DNA from: an uncultured Solirubrobacterales bacterium
Lineage (GTDB): Bacteria > Actinomycetota > Thermoleophilia > Solirubrobacterales > 70-9
Assembly (NCBI GenBank): GCA_963815665.1
Contig: CAWFHN010000006.1
Span: 196,365-260,364 of the forward strand
Length of the DNA stretch: 64,000 bases
Reading direction: 5' to 3'
Shown in pieces: positions 46,773 through 56,048 of this stretch. The notes beneath the pieces are model-generated. The model did not search any database. It saw only the letters and a list, made by a program, of their open reading frames with translations, and was not told the origin of the DNA. The translations under genes and the position numbers were made by a program. Every line of letters begins with the position of its first letter. Positions within the stretch are counted from its first letter, which is position 1.

Positions 46773-48992
46773 CTAAGGAAGCGGCTGCGAGGTCGGGGGA
46801 TCCCCGAGCGGGGTGCCGCCGTAGATCACCGACCCGTTTGCGTCCTGATACGTCTGCCAGGGGATCGTCCCCTGCTGAGAGACCCCGGGCTTGGAGAAGT
46901 CGCAGACGCCCGAGGGGAAGGTGGTCTGAAGCCGCGCCCACTCGGCGTCGGTGAAGCTCACCGGCACGGCGAGCGGACCGACACGCACGGTGTAGTCGCT
47001 TCGGCTCAGCGGCTTCAGCCGGCACTTGTTGGTGTCGGTGGTGATCGCGTCGCCGGAGACCATTCGCGGCGTGCCGTAGATCGGCACCACGGCCTCGCCA
47101 CAGATAGCGTCGGTGAGCGTCTGACCGGCGCCGTCGTAGCAGCGGTCGCTGAGATCGCTCGGCTTGTCACTGACCAGCCTCTGGGGGAGCGGGGCGCCGC
47201 TCGTGTCCTTCTCGACGGCGGTGAGCCACCGGTTCATGGCGATGAAGCTGTTGTGCTCGCACCGGGCGTCGCCGATGATCGGGGCGGGTCCCTCCCAGAT
47301 CAGCTGGTTGGCGTGGGTCCCGTGTTCGCGGTCGAGCCTTGCCCGGACGGCGAAGGCGCGGTAGGCGTCGTGGAACGCGCCCGGGTCGGGTCCCCGGCAG
47401 TCGATGATCGCGGTCCGGTCCAGGTTGTTGGTCTCGTTGATCATGCCGCTGCGGTATGCGTTGGCCAGCGAGGGCGCGGTCCCCGCGTCGATGCGGCCGG
47501 GGATCGGATTGGTATCGATGTCCAGGCCGCCGATCTTGGCGTTGAGGTCAACGAACTGTCCCGGAGTGATCCGGCCCTTCTGAAGCGCCTCGAGGCCATA
47601 CTGCACCCCGACGTTGTCGATGGGCGGCACGGCAAACCCGTGCCCCACGAGCTTCTCGTTGTCGGACCAGGTCGCGGGAGGGTTCGGGCCGAAGACGTTG
47701 ATCGCCGCGTCCTGGATCGTGCAGCGCACGCCGCCTGGATTGGCCTGCGGGTCATAACGGGTCTCGTCGGTGGTGCCGGCGCAGGGATCGGTGGGCACGG
47801 CGACGTGCCACTGGGCGTTGTCGCTGACCTCGGAGTTGACGATCGTCAGGTGGCCCTCGACGTCCGCCATCTGAGTCGGCGACCAGAGGACTCCCAATCC
47901 CCACTTGGAAGGGTCGGTGAAGTAGGCGAGCAGCAGGTGGTAGTCGAGGAACTGCGAAGCGGTGCTCCACGCGTCGGGGAACGAGCAGGTCGGCAGGATG
48001 CCCTGGTAGACGCCGGGATAGGCGTTTGCGATCCACTGCTCCGCCAGCGAGCCTCCCGAGCAGCCTGTGCCGATCGTGTAGCGGAGCGTGCCGTAGTTCT
48101 TGACCAAGTACTCCTTGGCCATGATCAGCGACTCGGCCTGGAGGGGGAGATTGCAGTTGTGGCCGCTGTAGTCGAGCGCCGTGGACATGGTCACGAAGCC
48201 CTTCCCCAGCGCGTACTGGCCGACGTCGCCGGTCGGGGAGGAGCTGCCGGTGGTGTCGGGGGCGCCGCCGGTCTGGTAGTCGACCCCGCAGCTCACGCCG
48301 TGGAGGATCAGCAGCTTGTGATCGAACTGCTTCTGCGGGTCGAAGGTCGTCCATGGCTTGCCCGGCTGGAAGAGGGCGGCGACCTGGTACTGGTCTCGGT
48401 CCATGTAGCCCGTCTCGATGCGGACGATGAATGGCACCGTCACGCCCTGGTCCGTGGTCGTCTGGGCGACGTCCGAGGGCGGGTTGGACGGGTCGTAGGG
48501 CTGCAAGCCGCTCTTGGTGGGATCGGTGGACTTGTAGACGTAGCTGTATGTCGGGGGCTGGTTGCACTGCGAGTCGATTGCGCCGGACTGGCAGCGCCAC
48601 GGCTGGAGCTGCGGACCGGAGAGCACCGGGCCTCCGATCGGGTGGTTGGTGAGCGTGATCTGGGCCCCCGTCGCACCCGGCAGGGTCGCGGTGAGCGGAT
48701 TGGGACCCAACGCGAGGCCGCTCACCAGGCCCGAGAAGCGGCCGTCGGAGCGCACGGCGAAGACGCTGCTGATGTCCTGGCGGCCGAGCCGGACCTTCAC
48801 CCGCCGCGGATCGGCCCCCTCTGGCAGCCCGATCTGGACCAGGGACGAACCTCCGCTGACCAGGTCCGCGCGACCCGAGAGCACCGAGATCGAGAGCTGG
48901 GGAGCTGGCTTCCTGGCGGCATCCGCCGGCACGGCGGCGAGGCACGCCGCCACCAGCGCTACGACTGCTGTACCCCTCAAGCCCGACCCCAT
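46773..48992 (-). CDS. large secreted alpha/beta-hydrolase-like protein (tannase/feruloyl-esterase-like, DUF6351-like)
   Basis: 739 aa with a signal peptide (VVALVAACLAAVPADAA), a GTGCSGGS nucleophile-elbow-like motif and many Cys pairs. Confidence 0.6.
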   Translation of the reverse strand: MGSGLRGTAVVALVAACLAAVPADAARKPAPQLSISVLSGRADLVSGGSSLVQIGLPEGADPRRVKVRLGRQDISSVFAVRSDGRFSGLVSGLALGPNPLTATLPGATGAQITLTNHPIGGPVLSGPQLQPWRCQSGAIDSQCNQPPTYSYVYKSTDPTKSGLQPYDPSNPPSDVAQTTTDQGVTVPFIVRIETGYMDRDQYQVAALFQPGKPWTTFDPQKQFDHKLLILHGVSCGVDYQTGGAPDTTGSSSPTGDVGQYALGKGFVTMSTALDYSGHNCNLPLQAESLIMAKEYLVKNYGTLRYTIGTGCSGGSLAEQWIANAYPGVYQGILPTCSFPDAWSTASQFLDYHLLLAYFTDPSKWGLGVLWSPTQMADVEGHLTIVNSEVSDNAQWHVAVPTDPCAGTTDETRYDPQANPGGVRCTIQDAAINVFGPNPPATWSDNEKLVGHGFAVPPIDNVGVQYGLEALQKGRITPGQFVDLNAKIGGLDIDTNPIPGRIDAGTAPSLANAYRSGMINETNNLDRTAIIDCRGPDPGAFHDAYRAFAVRARLDREHGTHANQLIWEGPAPIIGDARCEHNSFIAMNRWLTAVEKDTSGAPLPQRLVSDKPSDLSDRCYDGAGQTLTDAICGEAVVPIYGTPRMVSGDAITTDTNKCRLKPLSRSDYTVRVGPLAVPVSFTDAEWARLQTTFPSGVCDFSKPGVSQQGTIPWQTYQDANGSVIYGGTPLGDPPTSQPLP

Positions 48993-49057
48993 CGGCGCGG
49001 GAGCATTGCATGACGTCGCGGATCGCGCGCCGGTTCCCCCGGCGTGTGAGAGGATCG

Positions 49058-50716
49058 CTAGAAGACCGGCAGCTCGGTGTACGAGCCGAAGACCTGCTGG
49101 AGGGCCGCCACCATCTCGCCCTCCGAGACCCGGGCCCGGGCACAGTCGAGGATCGGCGGCATCAGATTGGCGTCGGTGGCCGCCGCCGACCGGAGCTCAG
49201 CCGAGCGTGCGCTCCACCTCGGCCGAGTCCCGGCGCGCCTTGGTGGTCTCCACCCTCCCCTTCTGCTTGCGCTCGAGCTCGGGGTCGATCCGCAGGATCG
49301 GGATCTCCTCGTCGTCCTCCTGCACGTAGTCGTTGACGCCGACCACGATCCGCTGCTTCGAGTCGACCTCCTGCTGGTAGCGGAATGAGGCGTCTGCGAT
49401 CTCGCGCTGCGGAAAGTTCTGCTTGATCGCCTCGACCATCCCGCCGAGCTCGTCGATGCGGGCGAAGTAGTCGTACGCCGCCCGCTCCATCTCGTCGGTC
49501 AGGGTCTCGACGAAGTAGGAGCCGCCCAGCGGATCGATCGTGTTGGTGACCCCGGTCTCGTGTGCGATCACCTGCTGGGTGCGGAGCGCCAGCCTCACGG
49601 CCTCTTCGGTGGGAAGGGCAATGCCTCGTCGTAGGAGTTCGTGTGGAGCGACTGGGTGCCGCCGAGGACGCCGGCGAGCGCCTCGATCGCGGTGCGGATG
49701 ATGTTGACCTGAGGCTGCTGCGCGGTCAGCGAGACGCCGGCCGTCTGGGTGTGGAAGCGCATCCGGAGGGACTCGTCGCGCTTGGCGCCGTAGGTGTCGC
49801 GCATCTCGCGCGCCCAGATCCGGCGGGCGGCGCGGTACTTGGCGATCTCCTCGAAGAAGTCGATGTGGGCGTTGAAGAAGAAGGAGAGGCGCGGCGCAAA
49901 GGCGTCGACGTCGAGGCCCCGCTCGATCGCCTGCTCGACGTAGGTGAAGCCGTCCTTGAGCGTGAAGGCGAGTTCCTGCTGGGCGGTGGAGCCGGCCTCG
50001 CGGATGTGGTATCCGGAGATCGAGATCGGGTGCCAGCGGGGCATGTGCTCGGTGGACCACTCGATCATGTCGCCGACCAGGCGCATCGCGGGCTCGATCG
50101 GGAAGCACCACTCCTTCTGCGCGATGTACTCCTTGAGGATGTCGGTCTGGATCGTGCCGCCCAGGCGCTCGGCCCCGATCCCCTGCTCCTCGGCCGTGAC
50201 GACGTAGAAGGCGAGGAGGATCGCCGCCGGGGCGTTGATCGTCATCGAGGTCGTCACGCTCCCCAAGTCAATTCCCGAGAACAGCGTCTCCATGTCGTCG
50301 AGCGTGTCGATCGCCACGCCCTCCACGCCCACCTCGCCCAGCGAGCGATCGGCGTCGGAGTCCAGGCCCATCAGGGTGGGCATGTCGAAGGCGGTCGAGA
50401 GGCCGGTCTGGCCGTGGTCGAGCAGGTAGTGGAAGCGCTCGTTGGTCTCCTCGGCGGTGCCGAAGCCCGCGAACTGGCGCATCGTCCAGAGCCGGCCGCG
50501 ATACATCGAGGGATAGACGCCGCGCGTGTACGGGAACTCGCCCGGATAGCCGAGCTCCCGCTCGGGATCGGACCCCTCGCGGTCCTCCTCGGTGTAGAGG
50601 GGCTTCACCTCCTCGCCGGAGATCGTCTCGAAGAGAGCCTCGCGCTCCTCCAGCTCGGCGTAGACGTCCGCCAGCCACTCATGGGCGCGCCGCCGCGCTT
50701 CGGGCTCGACTGCCAT
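49058..50716 (-). pseudogene. methylmalonyl-CoA mutase catalytic (large) subunit, interrupted by two 1-nt frameshifts
   Basis: Three frames join to give an uninterrupted MCM-like sequence. Frame A covers 50716..~49622 (...[13 protein letters not shown]). Frame B covers ~49620..49200 ([24 protein letters not shown]...DSAEVERTL). Frame C covers ~49198..49058 (AELRSAAATDANLMPPILDCARARVSEGEMVAALQQVFGSYTELPVF*). Confidence 0.85.
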
Positions 50717-50737
50717 GCCGCCAGTCTAAATCGAAGG

Positions 50738-51988
50738 TCAGTCCACTCGGGGCAAACGCTCGCGGCGTGCGTCGAGGAGCGCAGCGTCCGCTCGCTCGAT
50801 CAGGTCGGCGAGCGTGTCGTCTCGCTGCAGCTCGGCGAGCCCCACGGTGACGCCGGTGCCCGCACCGCCGGCGGCGAGCGAGTCCTGAATCCCCTTGAAG
50901 CGCTCCTCCGCCTGGGCGAGGTCCAGGTCGCCGACCGCGCAGACGAACTCGTCGCCGCCATAGCGGACGATCGGCTCGTAGGAGCGGATCTGCGCCCGAA
51001 TCGTGTCGACCACCTCTACCAGCAGCGCATCCCCCGCGGGGTGCCCCTCGCGGTTGTTGACCTCCCTGAGGTCATCCACGTCGACGAAGGCGAGCACCAG
51101 GCGAGCGGCGCCACGCCGGGCGCGATCGATCTCGGCCTGCAGCGCCGCCTCTCCGGATCCCCGGCGGAATGCTCCGGTGAGCTCATCCAGGTGGGCGCGG
51201 TGCAGCTCATCCAGCGCCGCGTCGCGTTCCTCGGCGGCGCGCTTGCGGTCGCTCGCGGCCAGTGCGCGGTCCTCCGCCGCTCGAGCGCGATCCCGCGCCG
51301 CCTGTGCACGGATCTCCGACGCGTGGGTCAGCGCCGCGCGCAGCGACGAACCGCGGGAGGACATCTTCCGCTCGATCTTCGCCGAATCGCGGTCCCGCTG
51401 CTCGGCGGCGCTGTCCCGGGCCTGGGCATTCAGGTCGCGGTGGGACGCCGTGTCGTCACGCCCCGCCGCCAGCCGCAGGCGGTGCTCCGCCGTATCCGCG
51501 CGCGTCTTCCCGGCCTTCCTGCGCTCCGTCGAGCCGATCTGGCGCTCCGCGAGGTTGGCGTTATGGACCTCCCGAGTGGTCGTACCGGGATGAGCCCGCA
51601 GCTCCTGGTCGGAGACGGCCTGGTCTCGGTCCGAGGCCAGCTGATCGCGATCGGACGCGCGCTGGTCCAGGACGGCCAGCTCGCGCTCTATGTCGGATGC
51701 CGTCTGATCCTCGTCGGCGCCGGTTTGGTCCGCGTCCGCGGCGCTCTGATCCGACTCTGCTGCAGCCTGATTGGCCGCGAGCTCGGCAAGCCGCTCCGGG
51801 TCGGGAACATCCCGCCCCCCATTGGCCTTCGGGGGCCCGGAATCCGCGCGATGCTTTTTCGGCAAGAAGCTCCAATCACGCGCTCGCCGTCGGACTTCGC
51901 CCGCCGACGGAACGCTTGAAGGGGGCGATTGTGGCAGATAGAGGCGGCATTTCCCAGCAGTCGTGTCGGCGATTGACCGCCCCGGCAT
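50738..51988 (-). CDS. GGDEF diguanylate cyclase with a long Asp/Gln/Arg-rich repetitive N-terminal region
   Basis: 416 aa. The C-terminal GGDEF domain (DDLREVNNREGHPAGDALL...RYGGDEFVC). The ATG abuts the upstream stop (TAGATG). The true start could be further downstream. Confidence 0.8.
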   Translation of the reverse strand: MPGRSIADTTAGKCRLYLPQSPPSSVPSAGEVRRRARDWSFLPKKHRADSGPPKANGGRDVPDPERLAELAANQAAAESDQSAADADQTGADEDQTASDIERELAVLDQRASDRDQLASDRDQAVSDQELRAHPGTTTREVHNANLAERQIGSTERRKAGKTRADTAEHRLRLAAGRDDTASHRDLNAQARDSAAEQRDRDSAKIERKMSSRGSSLRAALTHASEIRAQAARDRARAAEDRALAASDRKRAAEERDAALDELHRAHLDELTGAFRRGSGEAALQAEIDRARRGAARLVLAFVDVDDLREVNNREGHPAGDALLVEVVDTIRAQIRSYEPIVRYGGDEFVCAVGDLDLAQAEERFKGIQDSLAAGGAGTGVTVGLAELQRDDTLADLIERADAALLDARRERLPRVD

Positions 51989-52852
51989 CTATCGGTGCCG
52001 ACCTCGGGAAACGACGCCCAGCCGGCCGCCGTTACGCCGTTTGGAAGCCAGCGCACCCGCCCCACCGGCCGCCGCAAGGACCGTCGCCCCGGCGATCGCC
52101 AGCTTGCGCCCGAGCTTCTCGAACCGCATCACCCGCCAGCCCTCCCGCCGCGCGATCTCCAGCAGCTCGGCGTCGGGGTTGACGACCACGGCGTTGCCGA
52201 CCGACCAGAGCATCGGCAGGTCGCTGGCCGAGTCCGAGTACGCGTAGGAGGCGTCCATGTCGATGTGGTGCTTCTTGGCGAAGCGGCGCATCGCCTCGAC
52301 CTTGCCCTTGCCGTAGACGAAGGGCCCGTCCATCTCGCCCGTGTACTTGCCGTCGGAGCCGACCCCCCACCGCGTGCCGATGCCGCCCTCCATCCCGAGC
52401 ACCGCCGCCAGCGCCTTGACCAGGTCGTTGCCCGCCGCGCTGACGATGAAGGTGGCTCGGCCCTCGTCCTGGTGGCGGTGGACCTCGTCGAGCATCTGGG
52501 GGTAGATGCGAGGCAGGATCCCCGCGAGCACCGCCGGCGCCATCCGCTCGACCTCCCGCTCTGGGATCTCCGCGAAGACCCGCTTGGCGACGTCGAGAAC
52601 AGCGTTGGTCTGCTCGTCCGAGGACCCGCGCAGGCGGTAGCGGAGGTGGTCCCAGCCCCACTTGGCGAGTTGCCTGCGCGGGACGAATCCGCGCTGGTTC
52701 GCGACGCGCGCGAACACCATGCCCGACGAGCCGGCCATCAGCGTCTTGTCGAGGTCGAAGAACGCTGCGCCGTGGCCGCCCTCCTCGCCGGAGGGCGCCT
52801 GGTCCTTCTCCGGCTCGCGGCTAGGAGCCGTTGACCTCGACGAGGATGGCAT
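51989..52852 (-). CDS. HAD-IB family hydrolase (SerB-like) with a C-terminal TM segment
   Basis: Motif I FFDLDKTL, motif II VSAAG, motif III K...YSDSASDLPML. The start is uncertain because it overlaps the thiolase 3' end. Confidence 0.8.
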   Translation of the reverse strand: MPSSSRSTAPSREPEKDQAPSGEEGGHGAAFFDLDKTLMAGSSGMVFARVANQRGFVPRRQLAKWGWDHLRYRLRGSSDEQTNAVLDVAKRVFAEIPEREVERMAPAVLAGILPRIYPQMLDEVHRHQDEGRATFIVSAAGNDLVKALAAVLGMEGGIGTRWGVGSDGKYTGEMDGPFVYGKGKVEAMRRFAKKHHIDMDASYAYSDSASDLPMLWSVGNAVVVNPDAELLEIARREGWRVMRFEKLGRKLAIAGATVLAAAGGAGALASKRRNGGRLGVVSRGRHR

Positions 52853-54005
52853 CGCCCTGGCCTCCGCCGCTGCAGATCGCGGCGCAGCCGAGGCCGCCAC
52901 CGCGCCGGCGCAGCTCGTGCACCAGCGCGCCGACGATGCGGGCGCCCGAGGCGCCGATCGGGTGGCCGAGCGCGATCGCGCCGCCGTTCACGTTCACCTT
53001 GTCCTCGTCGATCTCGAGCATCCGCATCGAGTTGATCGCCACCGATGCGAAGGCCTCGTTGATCTCCCAGAGGTCGACGTCACCCGGCTCCTTGCCGATC
53101 TTCTCGAGCGCCTTCATCGCCGCTCCAGCGGGCGTCCTGGCGAGGTAGGCGTAGTCATCGGCGACCTGGCCGTACGCGAGCACCGTCGCGATCGCGCTCT
53201 TGCCGTTCTTCTTGGCCCACTCGTCCGAGGCGACGACGACAGCGCCGGCCCCGTCGTTGACGCCGGGCGCGTTGCCGGCGGTGTGCGTGGCGTCGTCCCC
53301 GCCGACCGCCTTCAGCTTCGAGAGCACCTCGAGGGTCGTGTCCGGCCGGATCGCCTCGTCCGCGGCGACCTCGTTCTCGCCCTTCCTCGACTTGACCGTC
53401 ACGGTGACGATCTCCTCGGCGAGCTTGCCGTCCTCGGTCGCCTTGTGGGCGAGCTGGTGGGAGCGCTCGGCGAAGCGGTCCATGTCGGCACGGGTGATCT
53501 CGAGCTCGTTGGAGACCTCGCTCGCCTCGTTGATCATCTGCTTCTCGGTGAAGGGGTTGGTGAGACCGTCGTGGGTCATCGCGTCGATCGCGGTGACGTC
53601 GCCCATCCGGAACCCGAAGCGGGCGCCGGGGAGCAGGTACGGCGCCGTGCTCATCGACTCCATGCCGCCGGCGACCCCGATCTCGAGGTCATCGGCGCGG
53701 ATCGCCTGGTCGGCCAGCCCGATCGCGCGCATGCTGGAGGCGCAGACCTTGTTGATCGTCTCCGAGGGGACCTCCTTCGGGATCCCGGCCTTGATCTGGG
53801 CCTGCCGCGAGGGGATCTGGCCCTGGCCGGCCTGGAGCACCTGGCCGTAGACGACGCCCTGGACCTCGTCGGCCGTCACGTCGGCGCGATCGAGCGCCTC
53901 CGAGATCGCGGTGCCGCCCAGGTCGGTGGCATCGAGGGACGAGAGCCCGCCGCCCATCTTCCCGAAGGGGGTTCTGGCGGTGGAGAGGATGACCGTCTTC
54001 GACAT
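52821..54005 (-). CDS. acetyl-CoA C-acetyltransferase (thiolase II)
   Basis: 394 aa from the ATG at 54005 (MSKTVILSTARTPFGK...). Active-site motifs VCASSMRAI, NGGAIALGHPIGASGAR and CSGGGQG. Confidence 0.95.
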   Translation of the reverse strand: MSKTVILSTARTPFGKMGGGLSSLDATDLGGTAISEALDRADVTADEVQGVVYGQVLQAGQGQIPSRQAQIKAGIPKEVPSETINKVCASSMRAIGLADQAIRADDLEIGVAGGMESMSTAPYLLPGARFGFRMGDVTAIDAMTHDGLTNPFTEKQMINEASEVSNELEITRADMDRFAERSHQLAHKATEDGKLAEEIVTVTVKSRKGENEVAADEAIRPDTTLEVLSKLKAVGGDDATHTAGNAPGVNDGAGAVVVASDEWAKKNGKSAIATVLAYGQVADDYAYLARTPAGAAMKALEKIGKEPGDVDLWEINEAFASVAINSMRMLEIDEDKVNVNGGAIALGHPIGASGARIVGALVHELRRRGGGLGCAAICSGGGQGDAILVEVNGS

Positions 54006-54116
54006 CTGCGCCTTTCGTCTGGGCCGGCCGTTGCGGCGTCCCAAGTGGGACCCAATGCTAGAGGGCCGACGTGGATCAGCCACGCCCGCGTCTGACCTCC
54101 GTCGACCCTCCAGTCA

Positions 54117-55572
54117 TTGCCATACTGCCGCCTCGTGCGAGTCGAGGTCGCAGACAAGCCGCTCTCCGAGGTCGATTCGGACCTCCTCGCCGTGCTGCTC
54201 TTCGACGGCGACGATCTGCCGGAGCCGCTCGCGGGCGCGCCCGGCTCGGACGACGTCAAGGGCGCGTACCGCAAGACGACGCTGATCCATCCCGAAGAGC
54301 CCGCGCCGCGCCCTCGTGGTCGGCCTGGGTGACCGAGACGAGTTCGAGCCCGAGCGAGCGAGAGTCGCCGGGGCGATCGCGGCGCGGACGGCCGGCTCGG
54401 TGGACGCGACCTCAATGACGATCGCGGGCCCGGATTCCGAGGACCCGAAGGCGCTGGCGACGGCCGCGGTCGAGGGAGCGATCCTGGGCTCCTACCGGTT
54501 CGACCGCTTCAAGTCGAAGCAGGACGATGAGAACGGGGCCAAGGATCTCGATCAGCTCACCGTGATCGGCGGCGGCGGGATCGCGGAGGCGGTCGAGTCT
54601 GCCCGCGTCTCCGCCGAGGCGGAGAACTTCGCGCGCGAGCTCCAGGATCTGCCGTCCAACGTCGTCACCCCCTCCTACCTGGCGGGCCGCGCGAAGGCGA
54701 TCGCCGACGAGCACTCGTCCGTCACCTGCGAGGTCCTCGGCCGCAAGGAGATCGCCGACAAGAAGATGGGCGGGCTCGTGGCCGTCTCGCAGGGAACCGC
54801 CGAGGAGCCCCAGCTGATCGTGCTCCGATACCAGGCGGGCGGCGACGGCGAGACCCTCGGCCTGGTCGGCAAGGGCGTCACCTTCGACTCCGGCGGCATC
54901 TCGATCAAGCCGTCCGGCGGGATGCACGAGATGAAGATGGACATGTCGGGAGCCGCGGCGGTCCTCGAAGCATTCTCCGCGATCGCCAAGCTCGAGCTGC
55001 CCATCAACATCCTCGCGGTCATCCCCTCCACGGAGAACATGCCGAGCGGCACCGCGGTCAAGCCCGGCGACATCATCACCCAGCTCAACGGCAAGACGGT
55101 CGAGGTCAACAACACCGACGCCGAGGGCCGCTTGATCCTCGCCGACGCGCTCGCCTACTCCGTCGAGCTGGGCGCCGACAGGATCGTCGACCTGGCCACG
55201 CTGACCGGCGCGGTGATCGTCGCGCTCGGCTCCACCTACGCGGGGCTGATCTCCAACGACGACGCCTTCGCGGACGAGGTCGAGGGCGCCGCCGGCCGGA
55301 CCGGAGAGCTCGCCTGGCGCCTCCCCCTCCACCCCGAGTACAAGGAGCTCACCAAGGGCACCGCCGCCGACCTCACCAACGCCTCGTCGAAGCGCAAAGC
55401 CTCGACGATCTACGCCGGCTCCTTCCTCGAGGAGTTCGTCGACGGCAAGCCCTGGGTCCACCTCGACATCGCGGGTACGGCCTGGGACGTCGGGCGCGAG
55501 TACACGGGCAAGGGGCCGAGCGGGTTCGGCACGAGGTTGCTCGTGGACCTTGCGCGGTCGTTGTCGAGCTAG
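54117..55572 (+). pseudogene. pepA: leucyl aminopeptidase (M17), N-terminal domain split by a +1 frameshift near 54290-54315
   Basis: Frame 0 (54117/54135..~54300) gives (V)RVEVADKPLSEVDSDLLAVLLFDG...KTTLIHPEEP. Frame +1 continues RRALVVGLGDRDEF... through the catalytic domain (VGKGVTFDSGGISIKP, NTDAEGRLILADAL). Joined, the length is about 484 aa, which is typical for M17. Confidence 0.8.
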
Positions 55573-55994
55573 ACCGCGAGCAGCCGCAGCAGCCGGCGTC
55601 CGAGCACGCGATCGCCCTCGATCCTGACTCGGCCGCTGGCGATTCGGCCGAGCGCTCTGCGGCCTCGTGGCTGCCGCGGATCGGGAACGCCGTGCAGCCG
55701 GCCCCGGAGGGTCGGCACGGTCGCGAAGTGGACGATGTCGGGGAGCCGGCCCGTGATCACCAGGTCGGGCTTGCGCGAGTCGCCGTCCTCGACCACGACG
55801 CTGCGTGGCTTGAATTGGATCCGCAGTGGCGAGAAGTCCTCGCTGAAGCGGAAGACGACGCGGCCGCGCATCTGGGACGCGAGCTCGGGCTCGCGCGCGA
55901 TGCCGCGCTCGATCAGCCCGAAGATGCTCGGCGCGACGCCGTCCTCGACCATCCGGCCGAGGCGGACGCTGGGGACCCTGCCGTTGGCGCTCAC
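55569..55994 (-). CDS. SCP2 sterol-carrier-like domain protein
   Basis: About 140 aa (RGRVVFRFSEDFSPLRIQF...PDLVITGRLPDIVHF...GRVRIEGDRVLGRRLLRLL). The start is uncertain. Confidence 0.55.
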   Translation of the reverse strand: MSANGRVPSVRLGRMVEDGVAPSIFGLIERGIAREPELASQMRGRVVFRFSEDFSPLRIQFKPRSVVVEDGDSRKPDLVITGRLPDIVHFATVPTLRGRLHGVPDPRQPRGRRALGRIASGRVRIEGDRVLGRRLLRLLAV

Positions 55995-56048
55995 CCCTCG
56001 ATCGTAGGCGTCTCCCGGGCGGCCCTCGACATACTCTGAGCGAGTCGC

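Noticed and set aside
49562-51919. 785-aa plus-strand ORF (and similarly 15795..17849, 37060..38685, 38991..40517, 47253..49013, 23806..25149)
   Set aside because: It is antisense to well-supported genes (mutase, GGDEF and, for the others, glyA, ETF:QO, etfA/B, the hydrolase and the ApbE operon). The composition is typical of non-coding frames in GC-rich DNA.
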